A stretch of DNA of 63,994 bases, counting the filler, from Dimargaris cristalligena (taxonomy: Eukaryota), in the NCBI GenBank assembly GCA_003614675.1. It is 6 parts of 6 records of this genome, joined end to end, with 100 filler letters (N's around TTAATTAATTAA, not from the genome) between each part and the next. Parts side by side here need not be neighbours in the genome. Positions count along the whole stretch, not along the records: positions 1 to 10,849 come from ML003145.1; positions 10,950 to 21,797 come from ML003146.1; 4 more parts are not named here. One strand, 5' to 3'. Numbering within the stretch: the first letter of the stretch is position 1; every line of letters starts with the position of its first letter. Positions 1-13,626 of the stretch are shown piece by piece. The notes under the pieces are model-generated. The model did not search any database, was not told the origin of the DNA, and saw only the letters and a program-made list of their open reading frames with translations. Made by a program: the position numbers and the translations under genes.

Positions 1-1
1 G

Positions 2-169
2 TGCGGTTCCAAGGTTCAGGTTACCGGCCCCAAGGGCTCCGTCATCTTGACCGTTGTGGACACTTGCCCCGAGTGCGCCGCCGGTGACGTCGACATGGAC
101 CCCGAGTCCTTCGCCCTGATTGCCGATCCCATTGATGGTCGCGTCAAGGTTACGTGGACCCCCCTTTAA
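2..169 (+). CDS. 3' end of RlpA-like double-psi beta-barrel (expansin/loosenin-like) protein; 5' part lies outside the window
   Basis: Frame 2 reads CGSKVQVTGPKGSVILTVVDTCPECAAGDVDMDPESFALIADPIDGRVKVTWTPL*, matching the CG..V.V....V...VVD.CP.C....D.....F....G...V.W pattern of fungal DPBB proteins; strong C/G-ending codon bias. Confidence 0.85.
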   Translation, partial: CGSKVQVTGPKGSVILTVVDTCPECAAGDVDMDPESFALIADPIDGRVKVTWTPL

Positions 170-2077
170 ATCCGACTGCCTCCCCCTCCTCGTTTAATGC
201 ACACGGATCCCTTTTCCATGGCCCACCCTTCCCTTTGCCCCTCACCCCCCGGGCTGGGTTGACGCCCTGTAATTATCTGCAAAGGAATTTATATGTTGTT
301 CATTTTTAACTGTGTCAATTTTCCTTTTCATGATCAATTCGCAATTGTCCCTTATTTTGGATAATTCAATAAGTCCGTATTTTTTTCATTTTCTATTCAT
401 CGGCATTATTCATCTGGTTCAAATCAGTTTTATGAGAGGTACCTTTGGTTCGGCCTTGGCTTTTAGAGTGGGACATTGTAGACTATTATTTTCGCTTGTT
501 GCAAACCATACCACCCGTTAGCTGTTCATAATTGAATAGTCCGGTAATTTTGAGGCCCGGTGCCTAATGATTTGCCGAATCGGGATGCACTGTGGTTTTA
601 GATGCTTCTGCGTCAGTATGCGTTGTGATACATTTGCTCCTGTCCCTTGTAAGTTCGGGGGTACACCAATATATAATACATAAAAATGATTTAAGCTATT
701 AATTATCCCAGGCACTAATGGGTGTGTCCGATCAGGACCAGTGTATCCTATTGCGTCTGATAGTGCAGCTAGAAGAAATGTAAGGCGTGTCTTCAATCAA
801 GGTTAAGGGCACGTGGGATATATAAAATCGATATTTATTAATGTATTAATTGCTCTGGGATCAATTTTTATGACGCAAAAATTGTTATACAAAACGTTAT
901 TTTCGGCTAGGTGTGTCGAAGGCTAGGTATGGGACAACACACATAATATTCGATCAGTGCGATTGGAGTGTTCCCGAAAGAAAATAAAAAAACATATAGC
1001 TGCCATGCTGTGAATGACTCATTACGCTCGAAATCGGATTGGCGAAAGGTCTATAGACGTTAACAGAGAAAGAGAGCAGTGTTGCGACGAAGAAAAAAAC
1101 AGTGTTGATATCTATTTCGAATACGACTGCCTTGGTAAAAATTATCGGGATATCATGTCAGTTAGTGGATATAACGCTACGTAATCGCCATGTTAGATTT
1201 GAGAGGCCAGTAACTCTCAAATACTGTTTGGTGTTGTCTCCCCACATCAAGGTGCCAGTACAAATCCCGCGGGACATTTCGGTAGTAACCCACTATGCAT
1301 ACTTTATAATATTTTAGTCTTCACTTACCTCTTCATTAATATGTCCTACGGTCTAAAGCCCAATCCAGTCCGGACAAATTCCTTAAATCTAGATTCTAGT
1401 ACACCATACTTTAGCCGGGCCTTTATCTAATACCACGGCTAATTGCCCAAGAGGTTAACTACACCAGGGAAAGCAGGTTGGGTAGTTTCGGTACTTATGC
1501 TACAATGGGGGATCCCCTTAATTCGTATTGGCTGGCTAGGAGCCCTCTGCGATAGATTAATGAATAGATTAGTTGGGATCCTTTTGAACTACCAATACTC
1601 TTTGCACACTGGAATACTGGGCGTCACGTGCCTACGGTTGACCATTGGGGTTTCCGGGGAGTGGCGGAGGTGGGGGGGATGGGATGGGATATTTTTCTAT
1701 GGGAAAGCAGTCCCATCCACAGCTGGCTGTGGGGTGCGCGCTTATCTCTCCCGAGCTGTTTAGCACATGGGGGCAGTTGAATGTGAATAGATAAATTTTG
1801 TTGGGCGGTGGTTATAATAGGAAAGTGGCCATTAGAGTGACCATAGGCCTATTCCCAGCCTATTTCCCCTCCGCCTCTACCCAGCACCTCTGCTGCTTGC
1901 ATAGACCGCATGAGCCTTCTTTGTATGAAACCGCCCAACCTCAGACATAACAACCAGAATCAGCTTTCTTGAATCCGCAATACGTGCCCAACTTACTTTT
2001 GGATCTCACTGCGTAATCTCTCCATTGCCGATCCTTTTATTTCGCGCGTCTGGTTCGTACCATATCTAACGTTCGTC

Positions 2078-4746
2078 ATGCTGCGTCTCTTTTCCCAAAC
2101 GAAGGCCAACAAGGGCCTGTCCCGCTTTGCCAATGTGGTAAGTGTTGTACACCGCCAGAGGTGAACCTGCTCCATTGGGCCAGGTTGACCCCCCATGTGG
2201 ATAAGCCGATCCAGAGTCCTAGGCCGCATCGTTCATGGACAAATCCAGGCATTAACCCTCTACAATTCACTATGATGTATGCTTCTTTGTTAATTAGCGC
2301 CCGGCCACCCGTGCTTTCCACGCTAGCTCCAACCGTTCTCAGGTGATTGCTACCGACGCTTTGCGCGCCAAGCTCGCCGAAGTAAGGATTCCTCATACTT
2401 ACACAGTCATGTCATCCCTATATGTACATGTATCCGCATAAAGTGCCACTCGATATTTAGCGTAAATGGTCGACTACTTACAAGGAAACGGGGTTTCAAC
2501 TATACACTATATAACCTACTATATTATCTTCTAACTTTTGACCGTCTAATTATTATTTCGTTTATTTACACTGACTCAGGGCTCCATTGCCTCCAAGTAC
2601 CCCGTCATTGACCATACCTACGATGCCATCGTAGTTGGTGCCGGTGGCGCTGGTCTCCGGGCTGCCTTTGGTCTTGCCGAAGCCGGTTTCAACACCGCTT
2701 GCATCTCCAAACTGTTCCCTACTCGGTCTCACACGGTTGCCGCTCAGGTAAGATAGTTGTTTTGAATCAGTGTTACCTAAAGGCTGTGGGTAACAGTTGG
2801 AACCATATTATTGATTGTTCATTGAACAGCCTTATTCGAATGGTTAGACACCTCCTAATCCCGAGGCCAGTCCACTCGTAGGACTATACATTGATACTAA
2901 CATCGACATCTACGGAATTTGGGCTGAATTGGCAATCGTCTACAATCTAATAGGGTGGTGTCAATGCCGCGCTTGGTAACATGGGCAAGGACGACTGGAG
3001 GTGGCATATGTATGACACGGTGAAGGGCAGCGATTGGCTAGGTAAGTCCCAAGTATATTTTTAGGTTGATTCACAGATATCCCCTATGGTAATGTCTTAC
3101 CAGCACAACACCCTGTTTATCCCCCCATCCCTCATTAGTATACTCACCCTAAATATATTATTTAACTGTGCTGCTTGGCTTATTTGTATTGGTAAATAGG
3201 TGACCAGGATGCTATTCACTACATGTGTCGGGAGGCTCCCAAGGCGGTCATTGAGCTAGAGCACTATGGCCTCCCCTTCTCCCGTACCGAAGAAGGCAAG
3301 ATTTACCAGCGTGCTTTCGGTGGTCAGAGTCTGGAGTTTGGTAAAGGTGGCCAAGCCCACCGCTGCTGTGCGGCTGCTGACCGTACTGGCCATGCTATGT
3401 TGCACACGCTGTACGGCCAGTCCCTGCGTCACGACACCACCTATTTTATTGAGTACTTCGCCCTTGATTTGATCATGGAAGACGGCGAGTGCCGCGGTGT
3501 CATTGCCCTGAATATGGAGGACGGTACCCTCCACCGCTTCCTCTCCCACCGCACCGTGTTGGCCACGGGTGGCTACGGCCGTACCTACTTCTCCTGCACC
3601 AGCGCCCACACCTGTACCGGTGACGGTAACGCCATGGTGGCCCGTGCGGGTCTGCCCCTCCAGGATTTGGAATTTGTGCAGTTCCACCCGACCGGTATCT
3701 ACGGTGCCGGCTGCCTGATTACCGAAGGTGCCCGTGGTGAGGGCGGTTACCTGCTCAACTCCAAGGGTGAGCGCTTCATGGAACGCTATGCTCCCACTGC
3801 CAAGGATCTGGCCTCCCGTGATGTCGTGTCCCGTAGTATGACCATTGAGATCCGCGAAGGCCGTGGTGTGGGTCCCGAGAAGGACCACATCTACCTTCAG
3901 CTGTCTCACCTGCCCGCCGAGGTGCTCAAAGAACGTCTACCCGGTATTTCCGAAACTGCCGCTATTTTCGCCGGTGTCGACGTCACCAAGGAACCCATCC
4001 CCGTCCTCCCCACCGTGCACTACAATATGGGTGGTATCCCTACCCGTTACACCGGTGAGGTCCTGACCGTCAAGCCCGACGGCAGCGAAGCCATCGTGCC
4101 CGGCCTGTACGCCGCCGGTGAGGCTGCCTCCGTATCCGTTCACGGTGCCAACCGCCTGGGGGCCAACTCACTGCTGGATATCGTGGTGTTTGGTCGTGCC
4201 TGCGCCCACCACATCCAGGAGACTCTGCAGCCCGGCACCCCCCATAAGCCCCTGTCCCCCGAGGCCGGTATGGCCAGTATCGCCAACCTGGACAAACTGC
4301 GCAACGCCGACGGCACCCGTACCACGGCCGAAATCCGCCTGGCCATGCAGAAGGTGATGCAGAACAACGCCGCGGTGTTCCGGACGCAGGAATCTTTGGA
4401 AGAGGGTGAACAGAAGATTATGGAAGTGTGCAAGACCTTCGAGGACGTCAAGGTGACGGACCGCTCCATGATTTGGAACACCGACTTGGTGGAAACCCTG
4501 GAACTCCAGAACTTATTGACCAATGCCGCCCAGACCATGATTTCCGCCACGGCCCGTAAGGAAAGTCGCGGGGCCCACGCCCGTGAGGACTTTAAGGAGC
4601 GCGACGACAAGGAGTGGATGAAACATACCCTGTCCTGGCAAACGGAGGTCAGCGACGCCGTCAAACTGGGCTACCGCCCCGTGACCATGAAGACCCTCGA
4701 TGAGAACGAGTGCAAGACGGTGCCGCCGTTCAAGCGTGTCTACTAA
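2078..4746 (+). CDS. SDH1: Succinate dehydrogenase flavoprotein subunit, mitochondrial (5 exons, about 648 aa)
   Basis: Exons 2078-2137, 2298-2381, 2580-2747, 2954-3041, 3200-4746 join in frame at GT-AG introns. Presequence MLRLFSQTK.., FAD-binding VVGAGGAG, flavinylation [43 protein letters not shown]. Confidence 0.98.
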
Positions 4747-5650
4747 AATCGGGCACCCTGACTGTTGCTACTCTTAGTTTATTATCCACATTCGCCCTAT
4801 TTTACAATGACCAATTAAATACTATCTACAACTGGCATCGCCCTACTTTCCCGTGGGCACAATAATTATGGCAGTGATTTGTGTTGCCTGGGTGTGCTAG
4901 TTGCTTCTTGATCCACAGCTGAATGGAAACAAGGTGATCCGATGCACGCCAATTCCATATGCCCACGTGGTTATCCGGTGCTTTTCCCGACTTCCTCTTT
5001 ATTTATAGCGAACTGCTCCTACCCCAGTATTACCTTCCGATATAGATTATTATTAAAACACCCTATATATCTAAACGCGTACCAGCCATTTGTGACGCGG
5101 ATCTGCTGGATAAGGGATATGGTTATTCATGATATGGCCACCACTGAACCCCGGGCCTTTACTAAGCGCTTTTCTCTTGAGTTGAGACCTATTAGTTAGG
5201 CTATAAATACATTCTTAATACCGTCGTACGGCCGTTAAAACCATGAGCTAAATCAAATATTTACGTGCCAACAATCCGCCTGGCCACCCATAAACCCGTC
5301 AGCCAATAAATGCCACGGAGCCGTAACTGCTCTGAACAATGCCCACTGTTTTTTTTCCAATCCCGCCCCTCACTCCCCCTTTGGTGGGTGGGTTTCGTAT
5401 ATAGAAAGTGTGGTCTTGGACCCGAGGAGAGCCCCCCCCCCTCCCAAGCTTCTGACCCGGCCCATTCTCCGCTTATCCAGTGTTTCTTATTTCCGTTGTA
5501 CCTAGGTTTCTGAAGTGGGCTATTTTCACCCCATACGCAACTCTACATATCCCCCTGACATATCCACCTACCCGCCCCCTTTGGTATACTACTTCGTCCA
5601 TTGCTTGATTGCCAAAAGCTATACAGTCCATATAAATATATATATTCTAG

Positions 5651-6784
<1,134 letters not shown>

Positions 6785-7368
6785 ACGACTTGGTCGACTT
6801 TTAAAACATACGTCTATTTTAACGGGCCTTTTGCTCACGCAGCCCACCTTCCCATTTACACACACACGCACCCGCACACACATGTCGATATATGATGAGC
6901 CTTCTCCCCTAATAATAAATGTGCTGATGAAGTTTGTTCAGCTACCCCCAATTTAATTGTCCCATGGGTATTATTATTTACACTATAATATTTCTACCAT
7001 TTGCCATTGGTTGGCAAGAGCTCTCATTTATAATATTCGGCTATAGGAGGGAGGGGTGTAGTAGTTACCCTTCCCTTCCTTTCAGGCCAGCGTTTTCTAG
7101 TGAGGTTAGGGGGCTGGGGTAGGATGGATCCGCTGGCCCTCAGCAACTTGGGGTCAGCAAACCAGTTGGAATCGAATCCTCTACGATCCACGGTTGTTTC
7201 TGATTTATGGCACCTGCCCTGTTATTCCTAATTCACCTGTCCTTGGTCTTCACTTATATTTGGGGGTTTGCCATCATATGAAGCGGTCGCTGTTTCGCTA
7301 ATCAACCCTGCATTGCCCTTTCCGTCGCCTAAAGCCTTCTCATATTTTATTGATCGCAATTTCCGACC

Positions 7369-8805
7369 ATGAATTCCTGGATTGCCTATAATGCCTCGCG
7401 CCGGGGGCTGATCCGCGCCGCCAGCTCCGCCCCTCTGCGGCAAGGACTGGTCCTCCCACTATCGTCGGTCCGGTCGGGCCCCCAGACGCTTGGCAGTTGC
7501 ATGCCGGCTACGACGGCCCAGCGGGGTTTGGCCACCAGCGCCCTGCAATGGATGCATGCCACGAATCTCGTCGCCTACCCACCCGGGGTTTCCCGGGCCA
7601 AGGCGCGCACCAAGGGTCGATCGACCGCTTTCCGGAAGAAGGATAAATCGGCCGTCACGTACGATTTCCAGGTCTCCGACAAACCCGAGGACTCGTCCGA
7701 CTCGAGCGTTAACTCGCAATATTATCTCGATCCCGTCTACCCGGAAACCCCCGAACTACTGCCGGAAAATATCACCTTGGCTAATGTAGGATTCGTGGGC
7801 TCACAGCCCCGTGAATTGATTGGCAAATTTAAACCGGCTCAGTTTCCCGGTCGCCTGTTTGAAACGTTCTCGGTGACCCACTCCGACGGGCTGATGGTAC
7901 GGGAGCCGCTCTGTCAGATTGCCGCTCTGGTGGCCGGTCCGGTCGAAGCTCGGGCTGCTTCTCCCCCTCTGATGCTGGCTGGACCCTCCGGCGCAGGCAA
8001 GTCCGCCACGATGCTGCAGGTGATCAGTCAGGCCCATTTGCATAATTGGTTTGTCATGTACTTACCCCGGGCCTCGAACTGGGTCGATGCGAGTCAGCCC
8101 TATGCCCGCTCGTCTGACCCCAATGTTTACCTGCAGTCCGAGACTGCGGCCCAGTGGCTACAGTTCCTGAGCAAGATCAACGCCAAGGTACTGGAAACCC
8201 TCACTCTACCCGAGGCCGTTACCCTGGGTCAACAGACGCTGGAACAAGGTGCCCCCTTGGCCAAACTTTTGAATCTCGGTGGGCAACAGCCCGCCCTGGC
8301 CCACACCGTCCTGGAAACCCTACTGGGCTGGGCCCAATCCCCGGGTCTCGAGGCTCCTATCCTGCTGGCCGTGGACCAAATGAACGCCTTTTTCATTTCC
8401 ACGGATTACTACGACGCCCAGGACCAGCGTCTGCAACCCAACCAACTCCGCCTAGTTCGGAGTCTGCTCCCTTTCCTGACCCACCAAACCCAACTCCAAA
8501 ACGGTCTCGTGGTTGGTGCTACCTCGCTGAGCAACCCCCACTTTAACGTGCCTGCCATCGATTACCGGGGTAAGGTCACCCCAGGTAAAACCACCTCCCC
8601 GATGGGCGAGAAAATGAAGCCCATCCGGGTGAAAAACTACACGAAAACCGAAACGGAAGCCATTTTCCGGTTCTACTACGATGCTATGGTCATCCACCAC
8701 GAATTGTCCCCCGAAATCGTCCTCAAGCGCTGGACTTTGACCAACGGAAATCCCGCCCAACTCTTCAACTATTGCTTGCAACACACGAATACTGAGATGA
8801 TTTAG
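7369..8805 (+). CDS. RSM23: Mitochondrial small ribosomal subunit protein mS29 (DAP3/Rsm23 family)
   Basis: 478-aa single-exon ORF; Arg/Ala/Ser-rich presequence; P-loop GPSGAGKS followed by NWFVMYLP, YLQ..AAQWL, LLAVDQMNAF and C-terminal TNGNPAQL typical of DAP3. Confidence 0.85.
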   Translation: MNSWIAYNASRRGLIRAASSAPLRQGLVLPLSSVRSGPQTLGSCMPATTAQRGLATSALQWMHATNLVAYPPGVSRAKARTKGRSTAFRKKDKSAVTYDFQVSDKPEDSSDSSVNSQYYLDPVYPETPELLPENITLANVGFVGSQPRELIGKFKPAQFPGRLFETFSVTHSDGLMVREPLCQIAALVAGPVEARAASPPLMLAGPSGAGKSATMLQVISQAHLHNWFVMYLPRASNWVDASQPYARSSDPNVYLQSETAAQWLQFLSKINAKVLETLTLPEAVTLGQQTLEQGAPLAKLLNLGGQQPALAHTVLETLLGWAQSPGLEAPILLAVDQMNAFFISTDYYDAQDQRLQPNQLRLVRSLLPFLTHQTQLQNGLVVGATSLSNPHFNVPAIDYRGKVTPGKTTSPMGEKMKPIRVKNYTKTETEAIFRFYYDAMVIHHELSPEIVLKRWTLTNGNPAQLFNYCLQHTNTEMI

Positions 8806-10273
8806 TATCTACTGGGCCAATTAGTGTGGCCTTTTCCTTAAGATTACTATTATTTACGCATTTGTTTCATTTTTTTTTATTGTTCATCTTTAAAATAAAT
8901 TCTATATATCCCCCCCCTCCATGTTGGAATAAATTGGATTTTGCTGGTCGGGTTGGTGCTATGTTTAGGTGGATGGTTTGGAGTTTATTTGATTCATCGC
9001 TTTTCGGAGATTACTGGCACGACCCGCTACATATAAATACTAATTGAATCTTATTATGAGTGTGGGCCTAGGTGGGGGCCAATCGCTCAGGTATTCTCCT
9101 AGATATTTAAAAGTTTGGAAAATGGTACAGCAGCCGAAAAACAATACCAACCTACCGTCGCAATAGGTGCCATCATATTCAGCACCTGTTTCGGTACATG
9201 GTCCTTCATATCGCCACATGATCGAAGTACTGGAACAACCTGGTTTCGTCCCTTAATTGCAATGAATTTAGGTCGGTTTCCTTAGTCAGCACGATGGATC
9301 TAGAGGAGTATACTAAGGGCTGCCATTTCGGGGTGGGCAGGAATAGCCCATCCATATAATAAACGGATGCTAATAAATAATAGTTGGATTCCTAAACCCT
9401 TAGCTAACCAATCTGACGATATAGATGATTAGTATATATCGGGATATACTTATCTGTTGTTTTAGGATCGTAGTAAATGTCTACATTTCACTTTATTATC
9501 AGAAGCTATGGTGTCTATTCATCACGTATTTGGAGAGATGATAAGGCTATATTGACCAGGGTAACCCGCCCTTAGAATATTGCACTTCTCTCTAAACTAC
9601 CCTTACTCGATTTGCCAATACCCATGACAAGGTGAGTAGCCACTTTAATAGCAAATGTGAGTCTACACAGAAAGACTTCCTAAGAATACGGAACTAGGGG
9701 TCGTCTGAATTGATCCTTATTATTAGGTAACAGCAGAGGGGGGATATTAAAATGCAAGTAGCCAAGTGTGGGTGACAAAACTGGGATTGATGTATAAGCG
9801 GGTTATTAAGATCAATTACTTGCATTTACACAAAGGCAAAACCTAAGCGAGTATTCATATATGGAGTTAATACTATAGTGTTGCCTAAGAACAGTAAAGG
9901 TGCCCATGGTGGAGTTTGCCTGGTATTCAGAAGAATATGGTGGGAACCGGACGAGTCTTTAGATCAATGAGGAAGGTATAATAGAAGAATCCTTTAATAA
10001 TCAGCTAGGTAAAATAGTTGATATGCATGGCACCAGGGATTGCCATGGTAAGGGTGGGATGGTGAAATATGGGCTAACTGGGGAAGGTGAGCGAGCTATG
10101 AGCACGGGTGTAATAGTGTGGAGGGATTATCCTGGGCAACATGATTCATCGGGCTAGAAGTTCTCTGCGAATGGTACAATACCCAGTCTCTATAGCATAA
10201 ACATTTTATAAATGCCGTTATTTTTTTTAAAAAATCGGCACATCCAAACCCAAACCAGGAGATATGGATTATT

Positions 10274-10849
10274 TTACCGTTGAATCCTTTGTGAATAATG
10301 ATTAAATTCATCCTCAAAATCCTTAATTGTTTGGGTTACATTGTCGATAATCGGTACACGGCTTATTCGGCCGTATGGCGAAATTAGTGGGATAGTGGCT
10401 TGGAGTTCGCCACAATGATACCTTTGCTCGCTGGTGAATATATAGGAAATAACATAATTGAGCTCGGCATCCCAGTCGAGAATATAGATCAGTGATGGGC
10501 GTGTCAATTCGAGCCTATTTTTCTTGAAAAATCGAATCAGCTTCCATTTGAACATGTCTGGTTTTGGCTTCGACACTTTTCCATTCACAGAGGGTAGTTT
10601 TTGGCGAGCCCGGGTAATGTGTGCACAGTAATTGTCAAAGGGCTTGGTTATCACGTCTGGTTTATAATTAACCCCAGGGCCAGGTTGAGCACCCGAGAAG
10701 GCCAATTGGGATAGTGTGTGACAGGATTTTATAGACTCGCTCAAAAGCTTGCACAGGTTTTCTTGGCGAGCTTCCTCTTGAAGAATTTCTTTTTTAAGGC
10801 GCTTTTCCGCTTGTTTAGACTGGTCAGGGTCATCCGAGCGCTGACGTTT
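10274..10849 (-). CDS. Hypothetical protein fragment, open from the contig end
   Basis: About 190 uninterrupted codons (KRQRSDDPDQSKQAEKRLKKEIL...YSQRIQR*) in AT-richer DNA; no recognisable motif. Confidence 0.35.
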   Translation of the reverse strand, partial: KRQRSDDPDQSKQAEKRLKKEILQEEARQENLCKLLSESIKSCHTLSQLAFSGAQPGPGVNYKPDVITKPFDNYCAHITRARQKLPSVNGKVSKPKPDMFKWKLIRFFKKNRLELTRPSLIYILDWDAELNYVISYIFTSEQRYHCGELQATIPLISPYGRISRVPIIDNVTQTIKDFEDEFNHYSQRIQR

Positions 10850-10949
10850 NNNNNNNNNNNNNNNNNNNNNNNNNNNNNNNNNNNNNNNNNNNNTTAATTA
10901 ATTAANNNNNNNNNNNNNNNNNNNNNNNNNNNNNNNNNNNNNNNNNNNN
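10850..10949. other. Artificial contig linker
   Basis: 44 N + TTAATTAATTAA (stops in all six frames) + 44 N. Confidence 0.97.
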
Positions 10950-12288
10950 GCGTGTAGAATAGGAGGTAGGCGGTTTTGGCCAGTACCTGTTTAAGACTGA
11001 TGCTGCTGACGCTACTATCGTCCATACAGTACCAGGCCCCTGATGTGGCTTTAATATAGCAGTAATAGTGCCCGGAATGACAGCTTGAGCCCGAGTGAAC
11101 CAAAACCCCGTACAGGCTATAGCGGGTGTTCATCTCGACGCCCTTGCGTGACGGACTGATGTAGGGCGCCAGGTCCAGGGTTTCGGGGTACTCAATGTGC
11201 TTGTTTATTTTACCGCCGCCAAACATGGAGTGGCCAAAGTCGAATCGCTTGAGTTGGATGGTGAGGACCTCGGGGGTCTGATAAATAGTGAGTTGCTTGC
11301 GGGCCTCCACCAGAACCTGGCATTTGTCGCACTTGTATTTGTTGCGACCGTCCAGGAGCTCCGGCTTGGTGAAGGTGGATAGAGCGCGCTGAATGGAGCT
11401 ACAGTTGCGAACCTCCAGGCTCAAATCGAGCAGGGGATCGAAGGTGTTGGAATCGGCGTGACACCGACTGCAGCGGATCTGGCTCTGCAAATAACCGCCG
11501 AAAATGGCGTGCACCAGGGTGGTTTCCTTGACGCGGGCGTCGATTTTGCTGTTGAGCCCGTTTAGGCATGAGGCCTGCATCGCTTCCACGACGTAGCGCA
11601 AAAACTCGTGCGAGTCCTCCTGACGGCCCACGCGCATGTGCTTCGCAATGGCCTTCAGACTCCCGACGATTTTCTTGGGACAAATGGCCCCACTCTGCTG
11701 GTTCAGTTCAAACGAGCGAATGACGTGACGCTCCAGTTCGCACATCATACAGAATACGTTGCCCTGGCGGCATTGGCGCGAGTGCTCCTGGCTAAGCAGG
11801 TAGTTGGCCAGCGGCGGGGTATAGGTGAGGCACTGAAGCACGGAGTTGAGGAAACAGGTGTTCCCCAGGTTCTGCAGACCCGGGCCCACTTTGCGGACCG
11901 ACTGCCAGGCGGGGGTTAGGCGGCTCTTCTGAAATAGAGAGTGGGCCCCCCGGCGGAATCCGCTGACGGGATCCACCAACGGTTGAAGCAGGTCCGGCTG
12001 CTTCGAACCGGCAGCGGCACCCTGGGATAGGGTGCGGGATAAAGCCGTGGGGGACACGAGCCGTTTGGCATTAATGGGGCGGTATTTTTTACGCAGGTTA
12101 TCCATTTTGGTATCGGGCCGGGTGGATTCTTTGAATTCGATACGACGGGTCAAAAAAACGGCGACTTCGTCTGAAGTGACAGCAGGTCCGCCCAGGAGTT
12201 GGTCAATGCCAAGGGAACCTGGGTATTTGGCCTTGGAACCGGGAGTTATAGGGCTCGCGACGGACGACTGAACTAACGACGGGGCCAT
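10950..12288 (-). CDS. Ubiquitin-specific protease (peptidase C19), USP36/USP42-like; C-terminus truncated by contig end
   Basis: Start MAPSLVQ at 12288; Cys box GLQNLGNTCFLNSVLQCL, RQEDSHEFL, CxxC zinc ribbons, LTIQLKRF, His box GVLVHSGSSCHSGHYYCY, WYCMDD. Confidence 0.93.
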
Positions 12289-13347
12289 GTAAAAATAAAT
12301 AAAGGTATCGTGACACGCACAAAAATACAGACAAACACGCACACACAAATAGCCACACGAGGACGCGAAATAAAGTTAGGCAGGAACCAAACTTAGAGCC
12401 GTTCGGAGTTGAGTGGAACGGCGGCGATATTAAAAGTCGCGAAACCTCGGTTCTGGAAATGGAGGGAGCAGCAGAAGGGCAATGAAGCAGCGTAGAGTTG
12501 ACTGGTGGCTAGAAAAACGGGGGTCTCGGTAGTATTTCGGGTATACTCGCCTATGTATGATATGAAGAAAATTTATAAAGGTTCCTCTTTTTTTCTTCAA
12601 ACATCTCTTTACTGCTTCGATAGGGCGATATACATTAGTGAAAACCAGGCCTTTTGCCACTGTGGGTTTTTTTTAGATAGAGAGTAATCTAGGCGAAGTG
12701 GATGGGTATATTATTTGTCAAATATGCCCCAAGATACAGTATAATTTGCCCAGTAAGACAGATTGGCCTGTCCACAGAGACCCCAAACCCACCAATCAGC
12801 ACTAATCGCCAATCAACCAGATGCCGGCTAATTGCCCTTCCTCACGTGACCGGCGACTTTCTATTGTGGCTGGTTTTTAGGCAGGATAGTGCCCCCGGCT
12901 GGTTATACTATACTATTCAATCCCAGCAGGAAGTTGGTCCACTATTTTGGCCTGCTCATAAACCCACGTTTATTAACGGGCAGTCCTGACTTATAAAATA
13001 CCCGCCTTATAAAGTGAGATTGGAACATCTCAGTATAATCCACATTTTGAAAAAGCGGGGGGGGGGGGTGTCGAATCGACGCTGCAAAGCACACACAAGG
13101 TGCCTTAAGGTAGCCTATACTACAACCTCATGTATATCTGTTTTCATGTGCTCCACCAGTAGTTTGGTCGAATTTGCACTTCTGCTATCCGGTTTATTTA
13201 AAACGCGACAGCCAGTAATATAGTCTGTTGAAGAAATACAAATAAATATTTCAAAAAACAAAACAAAACAAAAACAGCTCGACAATATCCGAATAAGGCG
13301 AAGCTATACGGAAGTATGGCCTAGATGTAGTACTGCCATGTTTATTA

Positions 13348-13626
13348 TTATTTGGTCGACTCGCTATCCCCGTTTTTCCATTCTTTAAATTTGTTATACG
13401 CTGACTTTATGACAGCCCCTGCGGCCAAATGAGCAGCCACCCCCAAGCCGAATTTACCGACCTTCTTGACCACCGAGCTAGAGCCACCTGTACCAGCGGC
13501 ACCTGACTTACGGCGATGGAGAGACATTACATGGTCCTGGGCTCCGGTATGGATGGGCTGGGGCTGAACAGTAGACGCAAATAGGATGAAGCCCAGTATG
13601 GTGGTGGTTAGCAAGCGGAGATGCAT
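13348..13626 (-). CDS. Small secreted protein (92 aa): signal peptide + propeptide + basic site + cationic amphipathic helix
   Basis: MHLRLLTTTILGFILFASTVQP signal-like N-terminus, HRRK Kex2-like site, then SGAAGTGGSSSVVKKVGKFGLGVAAHLAAGAVIKSAYNKFKEWKNGDSESTK; start context AACATC-ATG. Confidence 0.7.
   Translation of the reverse strand: MHLRLLTTTILGFILFASTVQPQPIHTGAQDHVMSLHRRKSGAAGTGGSSSVVKKVGKFGLGVAAHLAAGAVIKSAYNKFKEWKNGDSESTK

Noticed and set aside
518-1320. Short minus-strand ORFs between the expansin-like gene and SDH1
   Set aside because: Non-ATG or interrupted by stops, no recognisable motif; at most a decayed relic
3256-4664. Long antisense ORFs over SDH1 (likewise over eIF5B, MFS, GAA1)
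   Set aside because: Shadow ORFs produced by strong codon bias on the coding strand
10894-10905. Recurrent TTAATTAATTAA palindrome at about 10.9-kb period
   Set aside because: Artificial linker within N runs, not a biological repeat
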